Shown here: positions 58,504-64,000 of the stretch, piece by piece
How positions within the stretch are numbered: position 1 is the stretch's first letter
How the letters are laid out: every line of letters starts with the position of its first letter
Source: Alphaproteobacteria bacterium
Lineage (GTDB): Bacteria; Pseudomonadota; Alphaproteobacteria; Dongiales; Dongiaceae
Direction: 5' to 3'
NCBI GenBank assembly: GCA_036724615.1
Contig: DAIMFL010000003.1
Location: 3,149 to 67,148 of the forward strand
DNA length: 64,000 nt
Translations under genes and position numbers: made by a program
Notes under the pieces: generated by a model
Seen by the model: only the letters and a program-made list of their open reading frames with translations
Told to the model about the DNA's origin: nothing
The model's database searches: none

Positions 58504-61164
58504 ATGCTGGACAAGACCTTTCGACCCGACGAGGTCGAAGCCAGGCATTACGCTGCGTGGGAGGACGCCGGCGCCTTCGCCGCCGACCCGAGCTCGAACG
58601 CACAGCCCTACACGATCATGATGCCGCCGCCCAACGTCACGGGCAGCCTGCACATGGGCCATGCGCTCACCTTCACCCTGCAGGACGTGCTGATCCGCTA
58701 TCAGCGCATGCGCGGCCGCGACGCGCTGTGGCAGCCCGGGACCGATCACGCCGGCATCGCCACGCAGATGGTGGTCGAGCGCAACCTGACGGCCATGGGG
58801 CAGACCCGGCACCAGCTCGGCCGCGCGGCCTTCGTGAACAAGGTGTGGGAGTGGAAGGCGGAATCCGGCGGCACCATCATCCGCCAGCTGCGCCGGCTAG
58901 GTGCCTCGCCCGACTGGCCGCGCGAGCGCTTCACCATGGACGAGGGGCTGAGCGCCGCCGTGCGCAAGGTCTTCGTCCAGCTCTATCGCGAGGGGCTGAT
59001 CTATCGCGACAAGCGGCTGGTCAACTGGGACCCGAAGCTGCACACCGCGATCTCCGACCTCGAGGTGGAGCAGCGCGAGGTGAAGGGGAATCTCTGGCAT
59101 TTCCGCTATCCGATCGAGGGGCAGGACGGCCGCTTCATCGTCGTCGCCACCACGCGCCCCGAGACCATGCTGGGCGACACCGCCGTCGCCGTTCATCCGG
59201 ATGACGAGCGCTACCAGGACCTGATCGGGCGTCACGCGGTCCTGCCGCTGGTCGGCCGGCGCATTCCGATCGTGGCCGACCTGCACGCCGATCCGGAGAC
59301 CGGCAGCGGCGCGGTGAAGATCACCCCGGCGCACGACTTCAACGATTTCGAGGTCGGGCGGCGGCACGGCCTGCCGATGGTCAACGTCTTCGACGAGAAC
59401 GCGGCGCTCAACGAGAACGCGCCCGAAGCCTATCGCGGCCTCGACCGCTTCAAGGCGCGCGAGGCGGTGGTCGCCGCCCTGCAGAGCCTCGATCTCGTCG
59501 AGAAGATCGAGGACCACGCCATGACGCTGCCCTATGGCGATCGCTCGGGCGTCGTCATCGAGCCCTGGCTCACCGACCAGTGGTACGTCGACGCGGCGAC
59601 ACTGGCGAAGCCCGCCATCGAGGCGGTGGAGCAGGGGCGCACCCGCTTCGTGCCCAAGCAGTGGGAAGCGACCTATTTCGACTGGATGCGCAACATCCAG
59701 CCCTGGTGCATCTCGCGCCAGATCTGGTGGGGGCACCAGGTGCCGGCCTGGTACGGCCCGGACGGCAAGGTCTTCGTCGCCGAGACCGAGGAGGCCGCCG
59801 TCGCCGAAGCCGCGGCGCATTACGGCGTGCCGGTCAAGCTGACGCGCGACGAGGACGTGCTCGACACCTGGTTCTCCTCCGCGCTCTGGCCGTTCTCGAC
59901 CCTCGGCTGGCCGGAGCACACGCCCGAGCTCGACCGCTACTATCCCGGCGACGTGCTGGTGACCGGCTTCGACATCATCTTCTTCTGGGTGGCCCGGATG
60001 ATGATGATGGGCCTCCATTTCATGGGCGAGGTGCCGTTCCGCACCGTCTACATCCACGCGCTGGTGCGCGACGAGTTCGGCCAGAAGATGTCGAAATCCA
60101 AGGGGAACATCATCGATCCCCTGGAGACGATCGAGAAATACGGCTGCGACGCGCTGCGCTTCACGCTCGCGGCGCTGGCCGCCCAGGGCCGCGACATCAA
60201 GCTCGCGGAGTCGCGCGTCGAAGGCTACCGCAACTTCGCCACCAAGCTCTGGAACGCGACGCGCTTCTGCCAGATGAACGGCTGCGCGCTCGACCCCGGG
60301 TTCGCCCCGGCCGGCGCCGCGCAAAAAATCAATCGCTGGATCGTCGGACGGCTGGTGCAGACGGCGCGGCGCGTGGAGGCGGCGCTCGACGACTACCGGT
60401 TCAACGAGGCGGCGCACGCGCTCTACCACTTCGTCTGGCACGAGTTCTGCGACTGGTATCTCGAGTTCACGAAACCCGTCCTCGCCGGCGAGGATGCCGC
60501 CGCGGCCAGGGAGACGCGCGCCGCGACCGCCTGGGTGCTGAACCAGGTGCTCCATTTCCTGCATCCGATCATGCCCTTCATCACCGAGGAGCTCTGGCAG
60601 CAGACCGGCGGCGCGGCCGTTGCGCGCACGCGATTCCTGATGTCGGCCGACTGGCCGAGCTATGATGACGCGCTGATCGACGAGGCGGCGATCGGCGAGA
60701 TCGACTGGGTGGTGCGGCTGGTGTCCGAGATCCGCGCGGTGCGCACGGAGATGAACGTGCCGCCGTCCGCCCAGATCCCCGCCGAGCTGCACGACGCGGG
60801 AGACGTCTCGCGCAGGCGGCTCGACGACTACCGCGACCTCGTCCTGCGTCTGGCGCGGCTGTTCCGCATCGAGCCGGTGGACGGTCCCGTCGCCAAGGGC
60901 GCGGCGCAGATCGTGATCGACGAGGCGACGGTCGCGCTGCCTCTCGCCGGGATCATCGACATCGCCCAGGAACGCGGCCGCCTCGCCAAGGAGCTCGACA
61001 AGGCCAAGGGCGAGGTGAGCAAGCTCGAGAAGAAGCTCGGCAACGAGCAGTTCGTCGCCAAGGCGCCGCCCGAGGTGGTCGCCGAGCAGCGGCAGCGCCT
61101 GGCCGACGCCGCCCTGGCGCGGGACAAGCTCGCGGGCGCCCTGGAGCGCCTGGCCGGACTCTAG
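58504..61164 (+). CDS. valS: valine--tRNA ligase
   Basis: 886 aa. HIGH-type motif ([15 protein letters not shown]), KMSKS, and a C-terminal coiled coil. Confidence 0.97.
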   Translation: MLDKTFRPDEVEARHYAAWEDAGAFAADPSSNAQPYTIMMPPPNVTGSLHMGHALTFTLQDVLIRYQRMRGRDALWQPGTDHAGIATQMVVERNLTAMGQTRHQLGRAAFVNKVWEWKAESGGTIIRQLRRLGASPDWPRERFTMDEGLSAAVRKVFVQLYREGLIYRDKRLVNWDPKLHTAISDLEVEQREVKGNLWHFRYPIEGQDGRFIVVATTRPETMLGDTAVAVHPDDERYQDLIGRHAVLPLVGRRIPIVADLHADPETGSGAVKITPAHDFNDFEVGRRHGLPMVNVFDENAALNENAPEAYRGLDRFKAREAVVAALQSLDLVEKIEDHAMTLPYGDRSGVVIEPWLTDQWYVDAATLAKPAIEAVEQGRTRFVPKQWEATYFDWMRNIQPWCISRQIWWGHQVPAWYGPDGKVFVAETEEAAVAEAAAHYGVPVKLTRDEDVLDTWFSSALWPFSTLGWPEHTPELDRYYPGDVLVTGFDIIFFWVARMMMMGLHFMGEVPFRTVYIHALVRDEFGQKMSKSKGNIIDPLETIEKYGCDALRFTLAALAAQGRDIKLAESRVEGYRNFATKLWNATRFCQMNGCALDPGFAPAGAAQKINRWIVGRLVQTARRVEAALDDYRFNEAAHALYHFVWHEFCDWYLEFTKPVLAGEDAAAARETRAATAWVLNQVLHFLHPIMPFITEELWQQTGGAAVARTRFLMSADWPSYDDALIDEAAIGEIDWVVRLVSEIRAVRTEMNVPPSAQIPAELHDAGDVSRRRLDDYRDLVLRLARLFRIEPVDGPVAKGAAQIVIDEATVALPLAGIIDIAQERGRLAKELDKAKGEVSKLEKKLGNEQFVAKAPPEVVAEQRQRLADAALARDKLAGALERLAGL

Positions 61165-61213
61165 CGTCCCAGCGGGCTTTACGCCCGGCCGGCGGTGGGC
61201 GGATAATCGGTCC

Positions 61214-61870
61214 ATGGCGGGCCGGTTCCTTCGGCAGGGCGCTTGGCTGGCCGCGACCGTCGCGGCCGGGCTGGCGACCGTCGGGTCCGCCGCGCCCGCG
61301 CCGGCCGGAACGTTCAGCGCAGGCGGCCTCACCTTCAGCGACGAGCTCGGCGGGTTCGTGCTCCTCGGCGTGTCGGGAAACGGCACGCTCGACGACCCGT
61401 TCGTCGTCGTCGAGGAGGTGAAGGACGGGGCGCCCGCGATCCTGGTGATCCGGGGTCTCAGCGTCGAGTACGGGAACCGGATCGGCAGCCACCATCTGGC
61501 CGGCTTCGCCCTGACCAAGATAGCCATCAACCGCACCGGCAACACCTGGTCGCGCTACGAGGTGGAGCTGCGCGAGGTGCCGCATTTCCAGAGCCCCTAT
61601 GGCGACGGGCTGTCCTTCGGCCAGGGCGGCCAGATCGGCCGGCCCTTCGTGGCGACGGGCTTCGCCGGCAACCGGGAAATCGACGAGCCCTACGACTCCG
61701 TCGTGTTCGACGGCGGCGCCATCGCGCCGGGCGACTCCGCGACCTTCGCGGTGGTGGTGACGGACACCACGCCGAACTCGCCGGTCTTCATCGTCCAGCA
61801 GCCCATGCAGGAAGTCGCCCGCACCTCGGTCCCGGCGCAGCTCGCCGCCGCGAGCTACGGACCGAAATAG
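61214..61870 (+). CDS. exported hypothetical protein
   Basis: 218 aa. Signal peptide ([31 protein letters not shown]). No domain recognised. Confidence 0.55.
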   Translation: MAGRFLRQGAWLAATVAAGLATVGSAAPAPAGTFSAGGLTFSDELGGFVLLGVSGNGTLDDPFVVVEEVKDGAPAILVIRGLSVEYGNRIGSHHLAGFALTKIAINRTGNTWSRYEVELREVPHFQSPYGDGLSFGQGGQIGRPFVATGFAGNREIDEPYDSVVFDGGAIAPGDSATFAVVVTDTTPNSPVFIVQQPMQEVARTSVPAQLAAASYGPK

Positions 61871-62012
61871 CAGCCCGCACGCGATCTGGTTGGTCTGCGT
61901 CCATGCGCTCAGCGCAACGCGGCATACCCGAATGCGGGCTGGCGGCCCGCCGGGCCCGGCCGGTATGCTGCGCCCGGTGACGGAACCGGGACTTATTGCA
62001 AAGGGGCGCGCC

Positions 62013-63740
62013 ATGGCCGCCGAGAAGACGTTCGACAAGTCCAGCCTGCCGAGCCGCCATGTCTCGATCGGCGCACAGAGCGCGCCGCATCGCTCCTACT
62101 ACTACGCCATGGGCATGACGGCGAAGGAGATCGAGCAGCCCTTCGTCGGCGTGGTCACGACCTGGAACGAGGCCGCGCCCTGCAACATCGCCCTGTCGCG
62201 CCAGGCGCAGGCGGTGAAGAAGGGCGTGAAGGCGGCGGGCGGCACGCCGCGCGAGTTCACGACCATCACCGTGACCGACGGCATCGCCATGGGCCATGCC
62301 GGGATGAAGTCGTCGCTGGTCAGCCGCGAGGTGATCGCCGATTCCACCGAGCTCACCGTGCGCGGCCACTGCTACGACGCGCTGGTCGGGCTGGCCGGCT
62401 GCGACAAGTCGCTGCCCGGTCTCATGATGGCGATGGTGCGGCTCAACGTGCCCTCGGTGTTCATGTATGGCGGCTCGATCCTGCCCGGCCGGTTCCGCGG
62501 CCGTGACGTGACGGTCCAGGACGTGTTCGAGGCGGTCGGGACCCACGCCGCCGGCAAGATGTCGGACGAAGACCTGCACGAGCTGGAATGCGTGGCCTGT
62601 CCCTCGGCCGGATCGTGCGGCGGCCAGTTCACCGCCAACACCATGGCCTGCGTCTCCGAGGCCATGGGGCTCGCCCTGCCGGGCTCGGCGGGGGCGCCGG
62701 CGCCCTATGAATCGCGCGACGCCTATGCCGAGGCCTCCGGCCAGGCGGTGATGCGGCTGATCGAGACCAATCTGCGGCCGCGCGACATCGTCACCCGCAA
62801 GGCGCTGGAGAACGCGGCGATGGTGGTGGCCGCGACCGGCGGGTCGACCAATGCCGGGCTGCACCTGCCGGCGATCGCACACGAGGCCGGCATCGCGTTC
62901 GACCTGCACGACGTCTGCGAGATCTTTAAGAGGACGCCCTATATCGCCGACCTCAAGCCCGGAGGCCGCTACGTCGCCAAGGACATGTACGAGGTCGGCG
63001 GCGTGCCGGTGCTGATGAAGGCGCTGCTCGACGGCGGCTACCTGCACGGCGACTGCATGACGGTGACCGGCAGGACCATCGCGGAGAATCTGGCCGAGGT
63101 GGCGTTCCCGGCCGACCAGGACGTGATCCGCCCGACCGGTACCCCGATCACGCCGACCGGCGGCGTCGTCGGCCTCAAGGGCAATCTCGCGCCGCAGGGC
63201 GCGATCGTGAAGGTTGCCGGCATGAAGACGCTGACCTTCACCGGCAAGGCCCGCTGCTTCGACTGCGAGGAGGAGGCCTTCAAGGCGGTCGAGGCCGGCA
63301 ACTATCGCGAAGGCGAGGTGCTGGTCATCCGCTACGAGGGGCCGCGCGGCGGCCCCGGCATGCGCGAGATGCTGGCCACCACCGCGGCGATCTACGGCCA
63401 GGGCATGGGCGACAAGGTCGCGCTCATCACCGACGGCCGGTTCTCCGGCGCGACGCGCGGCTTCTGCATCGGCCATGTCGGGCCGGAGGCGGCGGTGGGC
63501 GGCCCGATCGGGCTCCTCCGCGACGGCGACGTGATCCGCATCGACGCGGAAAAGGGCACGCTCGAGGTCGAGCTGTCCGAAGCGGAGCTCGCCGAACGCC
63601 GCAAGGCCTGGCAACCGCGCAGGCACGACTATCAGTCGGGCGCGCTCTGGCGCTATGCCCAGACGGTCGGCGACGCGGAGAAGGGCGCCGTCACCCATCC
63701 GGGCGGCCAGGCCGAGACCCACGTCTACGCGGACATCTGA
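62013..63740 (+). CDS. ilvD: dihydroxy-acid dehydratase (IlvD/Edd family)
   Basis: ORF 61890..63740, trimmed to [16 protein letters not shown] (AAAGGGG SD). Has [18 protein letters not shown] and [11 protein letters not shown] motifs. Confidence 0.95.
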   Translation: MAAEKTFDKSSLPSRHVSIGAQSAPHRSYYYAMGMTAKEIEQPFVGVVTTWNEAAPCNIALSRQAQAVKKGVKAAGGTPREFTTITVTDGIAMGHAGMKSSLVSREVIADSTELTVRGHCYDALVGLAGCDKSLPGLMMAMVRLNVPSVFMYGGSILPGRFRGRDVTVQDVFEAVGTHAAGKMSDEDLHELECVACPSAGSCGGQFTANTMACVSEAMGLALPGSAGAPAPYESRDAYAEASGQAVMRLIETNLRPRDIVTRKALENAAMVVAATGGSTNAGLHLPAIAHEAGIAFDLHDVCEIFKRTPYIADLKPGGRYVAKDMYEVGGVPVLMKALLDGGYLHGDCMTVTGRTIAENLAEVAFPADQDVIRPTGTPITPTGGVVGLKGNLAPQGAIVKVAGMKTLTFTGKARCFDCEEEAFKAVEAGNYREGEVLVIRYEGPRGGPGMREMLATTAAIYGQGMGDKVALITDGRFSGATRGFCIGHVGPEAAVGGPIGLLRDGDVIRIDAEKGTLEVELSEAELAERRKAWQPRRHDYQSGALWRYAQTVGDAEKGAVTHPGGQAETHVYADI

Positions 63741-63775
63741 CGGCCGGCATCACACAGGAAGCCGCAGGAAGACTC

Positions 63776-64000
63776 GTGCAGCAGAACCGGTTCCTGGGCT
63801 TCCTGCTGCTCACCTTCGCCACCGCGTTCACCTCGACCGCCGGGGTGCTCCTGCGCTGGCTGGACGAGCCCGCCGAATGGCGCACGATCTTCTATCGGGC
63901 GCTGTTCTTCGCGGCGACGCTGATCGTCTGGGTCGGCGTCACCCGGCGCGGCCGATACGTCCAGGCGCTGCGCTCGGTCGGCGCGACGGGGCTGCTCTGC
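63776..64000 (+). CDS. DMT (EamA-like) transporter, N-terminal fragment running off the window
   Basis: GTG start after CAGGAAG. The hydrophobic N-terminus VQQNRFLGFLLLTFATAFTSTAGVLLRWL... is typical of EamA-domain proteins. Open to the window end, so not in the ORF track. Confidence 0.45.
   Translation, partial: MQQNRFLGFLLLTFATAFTSTAGVLLRWLDEPAEWRTIFYRALFFAATLIVWVGVTRRGRYVQALRSVGATGLLC

Noticed and set aside
58897-63722. 882-aa (58897..61545) and 644-aa (61788..63722) minus-strand ORFs
   Set aside because: Antisense shadows of valS and ilvD respectively. Both + strand genes carry canonical signature motifs.

Overview
High-GC (roughly two-thirds G+C) chromosomal segment with alphaproteobacterial hallmarks: a FixK-type regulator with TTGA-N6-TCAA boxes, a PopZ/DUF2497 gene next to valS, a pcm-like/tolC pair, and REP-type palindromes. 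I support about 57 protein-coding genes, one tRNA-Cys, several REP or palindromic elements and a set of candidate regulatory sites.

Gene blocks, in order:
- 1-2.2 kb: hydrolase/NicX-like pair with a divergent MarR.
- 2.2-5.7 kb: microoxic cluster of hemN, hemerythrin, a FixK-like regulator and cytochrome c, each preceded by an FNR/FixK box.
- 5.7-12.8 kb: miscellaneous enzymes, including a MobB-GNAT fusion, a CocE/NonD hydrolase, a cupin and an OYE/FAD oxidoreductase, plus a lower-GC orphan gene beside a REP cluster.
- 13.0-16.2 kb: 2-oxoacid dehydrogenase E1alpha/E1beta/E2 operon.
- 16.4-22.6 kb: MepK-like peptidase, then a Lon-like AAA protease coupled to a tandem USP. This converges on a FixK-box operon of small protein, HPF::cold-shock fusion, USP and Pcm.
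- 22.8-29.9 kb: trxC plus a complete suf operon (Rrf2-sufBCDS-sufU-sufT-sufA).
- 30.1-38.6 kb: PotD-type ABC importer translationally coupled to an isochorismatase-like hydrolase, a GH63/trehalase-like glycosidase and a ribokinase-like kinase, followed by maiA.
- 39.2-54.9 kb: adhesin locus with an RHH-PAS regulator, a small ORF, a 2,937-aa Calx-beta/VWA/RTX adhesin and its own ABC-HlyD-TolC type I secretion system.
- 55.1-64 kb: tRNA-Cys, pcm-like, housekeeping tolC, popZ-like, valS, an exported hypothetical, ilvD and the start of a DMT transporter.

Most notable observations:
- The adhesin/T1SS island carries three exact TTAACCAT (CtrA half-site) motifs, one in front of each transcription unit.
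- The adhesin has a lower-GC module spliced into it, and LapA-like dialanine motifs without lapG/lapD in cis.
- A FixK-box-driven putative hibernation/proteostasis operon has an HPF::CSD fusion.
- The Lon-like protease is coupled to a tandem USP.
- The ABC/amidohydrolase/glycosidase/kinase operon is unassigned.

No CRISPR array, transposase, integrase or prophage genes were seen. The many long antisense ORFs in the track are stop-codon-poor shadows typical of high-GC DNA.
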